DNA of 64,000 bases. Source: Alphaproteobacteria bacterium. Lineage in GTDB: Bacteria > Pseudomonadota > Alphaproteobacteria > MPNO01 > UBA830. Below, piece after piece: positions 45,234-54,881 of the stretch (position 1 is the first letter of the stretch; each line of letters starts with the position of its first letter). The stretch spans positions 1,664,001-1,728,000 of the forward strand of contig OZ219790.1 in the NCBI GenBank assembly GCA_964291215.2. The letters run 5' to 3'. A model generated the notes under the pieces. The model was not told the origin of the DNA. It made no database searches and saw only the letters and a list, made by a program, of their open reading frames with translations. Position numbers and translations under genes: made by a program.

Positions 45234-46984
45234 CACGGCGATCCCACGCTAGGTTTGTTGGAAGGGTCGGTTTCGCTTGTTCAGGATGATTCGCATTTTC
45301 GCTGGCTTTTTGTGAAGCGGCGTAGTATCCGTTGTCGTGGGGGCAGCGGATTTTTTTGAGACGACTCCGGAGGGTTTTGAGCTCCGGGATGTGGTTGTGC
45401 GCCTTGCGCGGCCTGATGTCGCTGGAACCGTGTTGTTGACCGTATCTTGGTTTCAAGCAGTTTGCCGGTCGAGGTCTGCGTGTTCACTTGGCGCGGGCGG
45501 TGGATTGGCACTGCAGGCTGGCAGACGGGCGCCCTCAGCTGCGCACCCGTTGGCTGGCGCCGCGAGGAACAGTTCAGGCGGTTGCCGGGAACAACACAAG
45601 GTTTGTTGTTCTTGGTGGTCGTTTCCGGGCCTCGTTTGCGTTGTCGCGGATGGTGCGGCGGCGACTGGGAGGCTGCCGTTGCTTGTTGCGGAGTCGTTTG
45701 TCTTGCCGACGAAGTTCAGCGGCACCATGTACAAGGCGGCGAACTGGGAGTGCGTTGGCAGGAGCTATGCGCGCGCCAGCGGGCGCTATACCGACCGGGG
45801 AGGCGAAGGATCTTTACGTGTTTCCGCTGCGTCGCGATGTCGGCTGCGGGATCGTTCGCCGCTTCCTGTGGCGTGGGAGTCTGCGGGCGCCGCTGGTCGG
45901 CGCAGGAGTTGCGCTCGATTTATCAGCGGCGCTTTCCGGCGCGCGCAGGGGCATCGCCTCGGTGCTGTGCGTGATTTTGCTGGCTTGCGAACCGGCACGG
46001 TGCGGTTGCGGCGGCGCACTACGACGCAGAAGGAGCTGGAGCAGCATGGAAGAACAGGGACAAGCCGGTCTCCACCGTGCACCGGGTGCTGCAGAACACC
46101 GACCCGGGATGGATCGAGGATGCGGCGCGCAGCCGCAGGTCGGCAACGCGGTCGACGGCAAGCGCACCGGCGAGGATCATTACGAGACAGTCTCGCTGGC
46201 CGGTATTCGATCCTCAACTATCACGACGGGGAGATCGCTGCCGTCCACGCCGCGACGGCGCTGGCCGTCTGCTCACCCTCGACGCGCTCCACACCACCCG
46301 CGAGGCTGATCATCGAGACCCATCGCGCGGACTGATGGTCAAGGGCAACGCACCTTCGAGAGAGCATCAACTGGAAGACCGCCAGCGCTACAACGAAAAG
46401 CCCGCGCATGGCCGCCAGCGCACCATCTTCACCCCGCTGGCGAAGATGATCAACTAGCAGATCTTCCGCGTCACCCGGCGCGTCGAATTCAAGAAATCCG
46501 GAAAACGGACAACCGAATACGCCATGACCTCGGCCGAACGCGCCTCGCCGCAACAGCTGCTCGCATGGAATCATGGACACTGGGTAGTCGAGAGCCATCA
46601 TCATGTCCGCGATGCCACCTTCCGCGAAGACGACTCCATGCTCCGAACGCGCCCGCAAACAACGCGATCACCCTTGCAATCATCATCCGCAACAAGCTGC
46701 CCAAACCCTTCAACAGCTTCGTCGACACCACTATGCCAACAAGCGCAAGCAGGTCCTGCACGCAATCACAAGACCAGGCTGACCGCGCCTCTCTCCCCGG
46801 CAGAAACTGCAAGCTTTCGAGCCCGGCAACCAAGGCCTCTCGCTCGCCCCGGATACGCCGACCAATCGCGCCCCGCCCCGTAACAGCGCGTCAGCAAATC
46901 TCAAAATCGCAGCCTCGAACGCGTCGACCCGCGCCACGATCAGGACTCCGATCATATCACATCAACAAGCATGGGATCACCTTG
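45234..46984 (+). mobile_element. ISAs1-family IS with N-terminal DUF4338 region; pseudogene
   Basis: IRs CACGGCGATCCCACGCT / revcomp CAAGGTGATCCCATGCT. Exact 9-bp duplication TTGTGACCG (45225-45233, 46985-46993). AESFV..FSGTMYKAANW, AVDGK, LTLDALHT, VKGN, HGHWVVESHHHVRDATFRED. Confidence 0.88.
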
Positions 46985-47093
46985 TTGTGACCGCCGGGGT
47001 GCTTGCCCCGGCCGCGGTTATGGGATAGGATTGCCGCACTGAAGCATGTTCATCTGCCACATGACAGATCGACCACAAAGGGGAAGAAGCGCG

Positions 47094-49433
47094 ATGACAC
47101 AGAATATTTCCCGGACCGGCGGCGCTGACGACGACACCCTGACGGGGGGCGTCGGCAATGACATCCTGAAAGGCGGCCTCGGCGACGACACGCTGACGGG
47201 CGGCGCTGGCGACGACACGCTGACGGGCGGAACCGCAAGCCCGGGTGCCGACGCGGACTTTCTCCTCATGAACCCCGGCAGTTCGGACGATGACACGCTG
47301 GACGGCGGTGCTGGCGACGACACGCTGGACGGCGGTGCTGGCGACGACACGCTGGACGGCGGCACGGACAACGACACGCTCTATGGCGGCGACGGGGACG
47401 ACACGGTGGATGGCGGTGCGGGCAACGACCGTCTGGAAGGCGGCCGGGGCGCCGACAGGCTGACCGGCGGCCGGGGCGCGGACTCGCTCTATGGCGGCAG
47501 TGGCCATGACGTCTTTGCGTTCGCGGTCGGCGACGGGGCCGATTACATCGGCGATTTCGAGGCTGGCGACATCATCGAGATTGCCGGGGTGTCCGGCGGT
47601 TTCGGGGATCTGGTGATCGAGCAGAAGGGCTTCCATACCGTCATCCGCTACGGCGACGGCGACACGATCAAGCTGGAGGGCGTGTCGGCGGCCTCCCTTG
47701 GCGCGGACGACTTCCGGTTCCTTCCCGTCGAGGCAGCCCCGCCGGAGGGCGGCGGCGAGGACGCTCTTGCACAGGGCGCGCCGCCGGAGGGCACGTCCGG
47801 CGACGCCTCGAGCGGCGGGCCTTCTGGCGGCGAGGTGCTGAAGGGTAGCAAGGACGCGGACACGCTCACCGGCGGGGCCGGCGACGACACCCTGCGTGGC
47901 TACGGGGGCGCCGACACGCTGACCGGCGGGGCTGGCGACGACCTCCTCTATGGCGGCCTGGGCGCCGACACGCTGACCGGCGGGGCTGGCGACGATACGC
48001 TGGGGGGCGGCAAGGGCAACGACACGCTGGACGGCGGCGCGGGCGACGACACGCTGCGCGGCGCCAGGGGTGCCGACACCCTGCGCGGCGGCGCGGGCGA
48101 TGACACGCTGGGGGGCGGCAAGGGCGCCGACACCTTCGTGTTCGTGGCGGGAGACGGCCACGACACGATCACCGACTTCGGAGCCGGCGACCGGATTCGC
48201 CTCGACGGCGAGTCCGGCGGATTCGCGGCGCTGGTCATCGAGCAGGACGGCGCCGATACCGTCATTCGCTACGGCGGCGGCGACACGATCACCCTGTCGG
48301 GCGTGTCGGCGGACAGCCTGGATGCGAACGACTTCATCCTGCCTGCTGGCGGTGGCGGCGACGATCACGAAAAGGCCGCTTACGGCGCCAGTACGAGCGA
48401 CGACGACAACGACGGCGGCAATCCCCTCGATAACGACAACGACGGTGGCAACCCGAATGCCGGCAACGATGGCGGCGACCCGAATGCCGGCAACGATGGC
48501 GGCAACCCGAATGCCGGCAACGATGGCGGCGAGGACACGGACACGATCCCGGGCACTTCGGGCGATGATCCGCCAGACATTGAGGCCTGCGGCGTGACCA
48601 TTCGTGGCAGCGCGGACCGCGATTGGCTCTTTGGCACCGCGTGCGACGACACGATCTACGGCAACTCGGGTGACGACAAGCTCTACGGTCGAAAAGGCGA
48701 TGACATAATCTATGGCGGCGGGGGTAACGACCTCCTCCGCGGCAATTCGGGCGACGATGAGCTCTGGGGTGGGGACGGGCACGACTTTCTGACCGGTCGT
48801 AACGGCGACGACACGCTGGAAGGCGGCAAGGGCAACGATTTTCTCTCGGGTGGTTTGGGGGTTGACACGCTCCGGGGCGGGGAGGGCGCCGACCGATTCG
48901 GTTTCTTCGAGAAGGGCTACTACAGCCAGTGGGGATTCAAGGATGGCAGCGACGACACGATCCTCGACTTCGAGGATGGAACGGACCGCCTCGACTTCCA
49001 CTCGGTCGACGGGGAACTCGGCTTCGATGACCTCGAGATCTGGCAGTCCGACAGCGGCGCTGCCATCAACTGGTCCCTGGGGACCATCACCCTGGAGGGG
49101 ATCCAGACGTCGCAACTGACCGAAGCCGATTTTCACTTCGTCGGCCTGCCCGACTGGGCACTCGACGACAGCAAGGGCGACGACACGCTCCGAGGCCGCC
49201 CGGGCTACGACTCGTTCGGATTCGCGAATGGTGGCGACGACACGATCGTCGGCTACGAGGACGGAATAGACCGCATCGACTTCTACACGGAAGACTCGGA
49301 GCTCGACTTCGACGACCTCGTGATCCGGCAGTCCGACAGCGGCGCGGTCATCACCTGGTCCCTGGGGACTGTTACCGTGGTGGGGATTCAGGCGTCGCAA
49401 CTGACCGAGGCCGATTTCGACTTCGTCGGCTGA
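47094..49433 (+). CDS. RTX (hemolysin-type Ca-binding) repeat protein, probable type I secretion substrate
   Basis: Many GGxGxDxLx nonapeptides in three blocks; four modules ending in xDFxF/L; very acidic and Gly-rich; purine-rich RBS before ATG 47094. Confidence 0.92.
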   Translation: MTQNISRTGGADDDTLTGGVGNDILKGGLGDDTLTGGAGDDTLTGGTASPGADADFLLMNPGSSDDDTLDGGAGDDTLDGGAGDDTLDGGTDNDTLYGGDGDDTVDGGAGNDRLEGGRGADRLTGGRGADSLYGGSGHDVFAFAVGDGADYIGDFEAGDIIEIAGVSGGFGDLVIEQKGFHTVIRYGDGDTIKLEGVSAASLGADDFRFLPVEAAPPEGGGEDALAQGAPPEGTSGDASSGGPSGGEVLKGSKDADTLTGGAGDDTLRGYGGADTLTGGAGDDLLYGGLGADTLTGGAGDDTLGGGKGNDTLDGGAGDDTLRGARGADTLRGGAGDDTLGGGKGADTFVFVAGDGHDTITDFGAGDRIRLDGESGGFAALVIEQDGADTVIRYGGGDTITLSGVSADSLDANDFILPAGGGGDDHEKAAYGASTSDDDNDGGNPLDNDNDGGNPNAGNDGGDPNAGNDGGNPNAGNDGGEDTDTIPGTSGDDPPDIEACGVTIRGSADRDWLFGTACDDTIYGNSGDDKLYGRKGDDIIYGGGGNDLLRGNSGDDELWGGDGHDFLTGRNGDDTLEGGKGNDFLSGGLGVDTLRGGEGADRFGFFEKGYYSQWGFKDGSDDTILDFEDGTDRLDFHSVDGELGFDDLEIWQSDSGAAINWSLGTITLEGIQTSQLTEADFHFVGLPDWALDDSKGDDTLRGRPGYDSFGFANGGDDTIVGYEDGIDRIDFYTEDSELDFDDLVIRQSDSGAVITWSLGTVTVVGIQASQLTEADFDFVG
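48407..48530 (+). repeat. 27-bp coding tandem repeat (NDGGNPNAG) within the RTX gene
   Basis: CCCGAATGCCGGCAACGATGGCGGC occurs three times at 27-bp period, with a degenerate upstream copy. Confidence 0.85.
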
Positions 49434-49709
49434 CACACCTGTCGCGCGGCGCCAGAGCTATGCGAGAAGCGCCGCGCTGAGCGCCAGCCAGAGGGGCAGG
49501 AGCGTTGCGGGCCCGACATGCGGGCGCCCGGCGGCAGCTGACTGTGGCACGGATGCAACAGGTCCGGGCAATCGGCGTTCGGGTGGCCTGCCCGTTCCCT
49601 CCCGGCACATGCGGCCCGGGCGCGCCTGCGGCCTCATGCGCTTTCCCCGGCCTGTTTTCTGCCGCGGCGCCCGTTCGACAAGGCCTGTCCAACCCCGCGG
49701 ATCGGGCGG

Positions 49710-49803
49710 GTCTGGTTCAACGGGCCCCACAATATCCCCGCCGAGGCAAGGGGGAGCTGAAAGGTCCGAACATCCTCCAAGTCCAAACGATCCGGAGACC
49801 GGC
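49710..49803 (-). pseudogene. fragment of tyrosine-integrase N-terminal domain (type often paired with IS91-like transposases)
   Basis: RSPDRLDLEDVRTFQLPLASAGILWGPLNQT resembles the recalled motif RSPDRLGLEDVRAFQVHL..W..LNQTV. Confidence 0.65.
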
Positions 49804-49992
49804 GGCGCTCCCAAAAGGACCGCACCGAATGGAGGGACATGGACGCCCTTGCCCACTGGCCCAAGGCCAGCATCCGCCACCCGTGGCCAAGCCAGCGTCT
49901 TGTCGTCAGGACCTGAGGGAGGAGCCGGATGCGAACAGCGCATGTCCGGATCCGTGCGGCGGAACCGGGGAAACCCGGTTCCCTATCGCGAT
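49800..49992 (+). mobile_element. group II intron 3' remnant (maturase C-terminus plus ribozyme domains V and VI)
   Basis: RRRSQKDRTEW..HWPKASIRHPWPSQRLVVRT-stop (49800-49916). DV GAGCCGGATGCG..CGCATGTCCGGATC (49922-49952). DVI hairpin GGAACCGGG-GAAA-CCCGGTTCC with bulged A at 49985; AY 3' end. Confidence 0.88.
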
Positions 49993-50457
49993 AGTTGGTG
50001 CACAGCTGTACCCACTCCTTACCTGGCCTCGTTCCCGTTCCTGGGTCCGGAGCTGATCTACAGCGATCCTCCCTATCTACATGCGGCTCGGCGTTCGTCG
50101 CGGCGCTGCCGCTTCGAATACGAGGAGGCCGACCATGTCGCGCTCCTCGAACTGCTCAAGGGTTTGCCGTGTCAGGTGATGGTTTCAGGCCACCCGTCTG
50201 CGCTTTACGACGACCTGCTGACGGGTTGACGCCGTCTTGCGCTGCAGGTGACGACCCAGGCCCGGGTGCGGACCGAGGTGATGTGGTTCAACTTTGCCCC
50301 CGACCGGGTGCACTGGTCGCGCCACGCGGGCCGGAACTTCACCGACCGCCAGCGCATCAAGCGCAAGGCGGCCAACTGGGGGCGGCGCTACGAGGCGATG
50401 CCGGCGGGGGAACGTCTCGCGGTGCTGGTCGCGATCATGGCCGTCGAGGGTTCGTGA
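49993..50457 (+). pseudogene. Dam-like N6-adenine DNA methyltransferase, C-terminal part
   Basis: LIYSDPPY catalytic motif, VMVSGHPSALY, RTEVMWFNF. In-frame TGA at 50227-50229; N-terminus missing. Confidence 0.8.
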
Positions 50458-50559
50458 CAGTCTTGCGCTGGCGCGAGGACCTCGCTGCCCATGACGAGGC
50501 CTTCGTGCGCCTGCAGGATCTTTTCAGTCCACCCTCCTTCGCCGTGACAACCGTCAAGG

Positions 50560-51883
50560 GAATGGGGTCAGGGGCTGCTGCGCCTGAGCGCGGCGCTGAT
50601 CAAGGAGGTCGACGCGCTGGAGTGCGAGAATGTCCACTTGCGCGAACGGGTTGTCGCACTCGAGCGCAGCACTCGACAGCTCCAGGCCGCCGGCCAGCGA
50701 CGATCTGAAGAAAAAGAGCGGACCCCGGAAGAAGCGCACCCGGAGCCGGGCCGCAAGTCCGACAGGCCCAGCGGCGGCCAGCCGGGCCACAAGGGAGCCA
50801 CTCCGGAGCAGGCCGAAAGCCCGGACCACATCGTCGATCATGATCCTTGCGCCTGCAAGGGCTGCGGCGCGCCGCTGTCGGATGATGATCGTCACGCAGA
50901 ACCCGTCTGTCGGCAGGTCTTCGATGTGCCGCAGCCCCTCGAGGTCACCGAACATCGCGCCCATCGCTGCCTTTGCGCCGCCTGCGCCACCGTGACAACA
51001 GCCGCCTTCCCACACGGCATGAGCGCCCCGGTCCAGTACGGGCCACGCATCACCGCGTGGGTCTGTCGCACGCCCGGTTCATTCGCACTCGGGCACCGGT
51101 CAAACACGTCGACGAGACCGGCATCCGCATCGCCGGCCGGACCCGGTGGCTCGATGTGCCGTGCACCCCGTTGCTCACCATCCTGCGCGTCGCCTCCGGG
51201 CGCCGCCACATCGACGAGAAGCTCAACGGCATCGTCATCCATGACGACTACGCCACCTGCTTCGCTCTCGAGGGCGTGCGCCACGGCGCCTGCAACGCCC
51301 ATCACCTGCGCGAACTCCAGGCCCTGATCGAGAAGGAAGACCGGGCCACCGCGATGCACCTGCTCCTCATCCGTGCCAACAGAGCCGCCCGCTTCGCCCG
51401 CAAGAACAACCGCGACATGCCCGCTTCACGGGGCGCCCGAATCTCGCAAGCCCGGGACAGGATTCTCGAGCGTGCCATCGCTTCCCACGAAGACAGGCCG
51501 CCGCTCCAGCCCGCAAGGCGCGGACGACAAAGACGCCGCATCGGTCACAACCTCGCGCTCCCGCTCCGCAAGCACAAGGACGGGGGCCTGCGCTTTCTCA
51601 CCGACCCTCGTTCTCCGACAACGAGGCGCGACCTCCGGATGGGCAAGCTGCGGCAGAAGATCTCGGGCGGCTTCCGCTCCATGTAAGGCGCTTCGCCAAC
51701 CTGCGATCCGTCATCACCACCGCCCGAAAACAGGACTGGAATGTCCTCGAAACCCTGGCCCACCCCGAACCCATCCAGCTGATCCCGAAACCGCGCTTGT
51801 GAAATCCCTCCTCGGCGCCACCACACCGGAACCATCAATCCACCTCCTGTGAGCGCTCGCCGAAATCAGACCTGGGCAGTTAC
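50560..51883 (+). mobile_element. IS66-family transposase remnant, left end missing
   Basis: SGGQPGHKG, CxxC..RQVFDVP..VTEHRAH..CxxC, PVQYGPRI, HVDETG, HGACNAHHLREL, DLRMGKLRQKISGGFRS. Right IR ..AATCAGACCTGGGCAGTTAC ends at 51883. Confidence 0.87.
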
Positions 51884-52485
51884 GCCACAGCATCCGAGCG
51901 CTGGAATTCGGCGCCAGCGTGTTCGACGGGACCGCCCGAGACCCCTATCTGCTGTATCTGTAGCGTCTCCGGACCACGGTGTTGGTGCCGAATTACGAGC
52001 AGATCCGCCAGTTCGGGCTTGACGCGCAACTGACCACCAGGCCATTGCTTCTCGAGCTCGAGGCGATTCGCCGCGAGGGTGCCCGCAACCAGCCCCTTCG
52101 GGAGAACGACTTTGGTGCGTTCATCATCGGTGGAGAATATGCATGCGCGTCCGTCTTCGGCTCGGACATTGGCCTCACCCTGTTCGCGGAATGGCTCCAT
52201 GACGGATGGCTGCGGCAGGCGACCAACGCCTTCCAGAACGACATCTTCGTGGCTGCGCGTTTCGCCTTCAACGACGCCGAAAGTACTGATCTGACCTTCA
52301 GCCTGCTGAAGGATCTGGACTACTCGACCCAGGCCGCGGGCGTCGAATTCAACCGGCGGCTCTCGAACCAGTGGTCACTGCGTTTCGAGGCGACCGTCTC
52401 CTTTGACGTTGCCGAAAGGGATCTGCTCCCCTACTCGACCCGGCGTGACAGCTTCGCCGAGTTGTACCTAGTTTACAGCTTCTGA
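51884..52485 (+). pseudogene. 5'-truncated outer-membrane beta-barrel-like protein
   Basis: Alternating beta-strand pattern, terminal Phe (LYLVYSF), no signal peptide; begins immediately after the IS66 right IR. Confidence 0.55.
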
Positions 52486-52500
52486 TCCTGCCGGCGCGGC

Positions 52501-53817
52501 TCAGGCCAGGCCGGTCCCCACACGGCCGTTTCCCCGCGCCCGAAGATGATCGTCCGAGATTGCGCGCGCGGCCATTACGCCGGACCGCACGGCGCCCTCA
52601 ATCGTTGCCGGCAGCCCGGTATCGATCCAGTCACCTGCAAGATACAGATTGACAAGTCGGCTCCGCGTCCCAGAGCGTTTCAGGTTCCGGGGCGTCTGCG
52701 CGAACGTGGCGCGTCTTTCCTTGACCACGCGATATTGCGGCACGACATCGGGATCGTGGTCCAGCGCAGTGGCGACATCCCGCCAAGTCTGGCGGGCGAT
52801 CCTCTCTGCCGGTTCGCCGACATGCGCGTTTGCTGCGCTGATCGTGATCGACGCCACAGTGCCGCGGGTGAAGAGCCATTGCGCGGTGCCGCCGATCAGC
52901 CCGAGGAATGGCAACTCGTTCGGCAGTCCGGTGGATTTCGGAAGGCGAAAATGCACATTGACGATCGGCTGGCTTTCCTCCGGCGCGTCGAGGCCCGGAA
53001 CGAGATTGGCCGCTGCCGCCGGGGGAACGGCAAGAATGACGCTGTCGTTCTCTCCCAGCGCTACTGTTTCGTGGCAGAACTCAAGGCGCTCCACGCGGCC
53101 GGCTGCGCCGCCGATCGCACACAGCCGACTGTTGAACCGGACGACGGCTCCGTGACGGCCGAGAAACCCGAGGGCCGGAGTGACGAAGGTATCCGAGAGG
53201 CCGGTCCTGGCGATCCGCGGCCGGCAGGCAGCTTCACCGCGCGCGAAGGTTTCGCCGAGGACCGGGCGCAAGAGACGTGCCGCGCCGAGTTCGGCCGGCG
53301 TGTTCAGCGCTGCGACTGCAAGCGGTTCCCAGAACCTCTCGAACAGAACGCCGCCGTTGCCGACGCACTCCGTCACCGTCCGGTTGCTGCCGGCCAGCGC
53401 CAGCCGAAGTCCGGGAAGGTAGTCGGCGAAAACCGTGTCCGGTACGCGCCGCCGGGAATCGAGGATCCACCAGGGCAGGCGCCCGGCATTGGGCCGCAAC
53501 AGCCATCGCTGGCTGGTGCGCAGGTCGAGAAACGGAAAACAGGCCGAAGCGGGGCCAGCCAGCATGTCGTCGCTCCCGATGGTCTTGAGATAGCGCATCG
53601 TCTCGCGGTTGCCGCTCAGCAGGAGATGGTTTCCGTTGTCGATCAGGCAATCGAGGCTGCTGTCGACGAAGGACCTGCAGCGCCCGCCAGCAGTGCCCGC
53701 GGCCTCGTGAAGCGTCACGGCGTGCCCTTGGCGTGCCAGCAGAGTTGCGGCGGCCAGACCCGCCATTCCGGCGCCAACGACATGAGTGATCGGAGGGCGG
53801 CGGTCAGAACAGCCCAT
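52501..53817 (-). CDS. hpnE: hydroxysqualene dehydroxylase
   Basis: GAGMAGL FAD motif, AGGRCRS, IDNGNHL, KERRATF, LAGDWIDTGLPATIEGAVRSG; follows hpnD. Confidence 0.92.
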   Translation of the reverse strand: MGCSDRRPPITHVVGAGMAGLAAATLLARQGHAVTLHEAAGTAGGRCRSFVDSSLDCLIDNGNHLLLSGNRETMRYLKTIGSDDMLAGPASACFPFLDLRTSQRWLLRPNAGRLPWWILDSRRRVPDTVFADYLPGLRLALAGSNRTVTECVGNGGVLFERFWEPLAVAALNTPAELGAARLLRPVLGETFARGEAACRPRIARTGLSDTFVTPALGFLGRHGAVVRFNSRLCAIGGAAGRVERLEFCHETVALGENDSVILAVPPAAAANLVPGLDAPEESQPIVNVHFRLPKSTGLPNELPFLGLIGGTAQWLFTRGTVASITISAANAHVGEPAERIARQTWRDVATALDHDPDVVPQYRVVKERRATFAQTPRNLKRSGTRSRLVNLYLAGDWIDTGLPATIEGAVRSGVMAARAISDDHLRARGNGRVGTGLA

Positions 53818-54673
53818 AACGCAGGCCAAGCCAGATTTTCCGGTATTGTGTGATCCGGACGGGACTGTCGATGGAATTCCAGCCCCGTTTCTCAAGGAGA
53901 TCGAGCATCTCGCGGTAGACCTTCATCATCACCACTGCCGGGCGCATGCGCCGGTATCCGATCTCGTCGGCCAGCAGCCTGTCGGCCTCGCCGTAATATT
54001 CCCGCGCAATCGCGGCCAATTCCGCGCAGGCTTCCGCCAGGCCTGGATGCGCGAGGGCAGCGCTCGCCGAATGTGTCGGGACGCCGTGCCGGGCGAGCAT
54101 GTCCATGGGCAGATAGATGCGTTGCAGCCCGGCGTCCTTGCGCAGGTCGCGCAGGATGTTGGTTAGCTGGAGCGCGTAGCCGAGCGTTTCCGCTACCCGG
54201 GGCGCGGGGTGCTCCGGCACGCCGAATGCGCGGATCAGGAGCATGCCGACTGCGCCGGCGACCTTGCGGCAGTATTGCAGGAGATCGTCGAGATCCGCCA
54301 TCCGCATTGTCTGCACGGTGTCGATTTCCACGCCATCGATGATGGCAAGGAATTCCTGCTCCGGGAGATCGAAGCGCCGCACCGGCTGAAGCAGCGCTTT
54401 GGTGGTCGGCCGTCTTGGCGTTCCCGAAAAGAGCAGGGTGATCTCTTCGCGCCAGGCCGCAAGGGCGCGCCTCTTATCAACCAGCTCGCCCGGCTCGTCC
54501 GTGACATCGTCGACTTCGCGGCAGAAAGCATAGATGGCATAGACGGCACGGCGCCGTTCCGCCGCCTGCACCCTCATCCCCCAGAGGAATGACGTTCCCG
54601 ACTGCGCGACGACGCGATGGACATGAGTCCAGGGATCGGCTCCGTCGTCGGCCGGGCCACGGGGGTCGGCCAT
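53804..54673 (-). CDS. hpnD: presqualene diphosphate synthase
   Basis: SGTSFLWGMR, YAFCREVDD, YCRKVAGAVG, LQLTNILRD, RIYLP. Confidence 0.88.
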   Translation of the reverse strand: MADPRGPADDGADPWTHVHRVVAQSGTSFLWGMRVQAAERRRAVYAIYAFCREVDDVTDEPGELVDKRRALAAWREEITLLFSGTPRRPTTKALLQPVRRFDLPEQEFLAIIDGVEIDTVQTMRMADLDDLLQYCRKVAGAVGMLLIRAFGVPEHPAPRVAETLGYALQLTNILRDLRKDAGLQRIYLPMDMLARHGVPTHSASAALAHPGLAEACAELAAIAREYYGEADRLLADEIGYRRMRPAVVMMKVYREMLDLLEKRGWNSIDSPVRITQYRKIWLGLRYGLF

Positions 54674-54881
54674 GGGCCGATGCGTCGAGTTCACCTGGTT
54701 GCGGCCTCCCTCGCCCGTTCCGCGGGGCCGACCGTTATGGCTGCTGTCGGGCCTGCAGGCAGCAGAACGCATTGCGGAGCTGCGCCCGGAACGACCGTAA
54801 CCGCCCCGGACAGATGCAGACCACGCCCGGACCGGCGCTGCGGCCCTTCGCGCCGAAGGCTGTTTCCGGGTGCCCGCATCC

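Noticed and set aside
47110-48530. 27-bp repeats as a CRISPR array
   Set aside because: They are contiguous in-frame nonapeptide repeats with no unique spacers, and there are no cas genes.
46977-49436. 819-aa minus-strand ORF
   Set aside because: Antisense shadow of the RTX gene, caused by GC-rich repetitive codons.
49634-49873. 79-aa minus-strand ORF as a real gene
   Set aside because: A chimera of the antisense intron maturase tail and a short integrase fragment.
49800-49992. Retron or diversity-generating retroelement
   Set aside because: No RT core or template/variable repeat pair; the remnant has group II intron domains V and VI.
49993-50457. Active restriction-modification system
   Set aside because: The methylase lacks its N-terminus and has an internal stop; no endonuclease is nearby.
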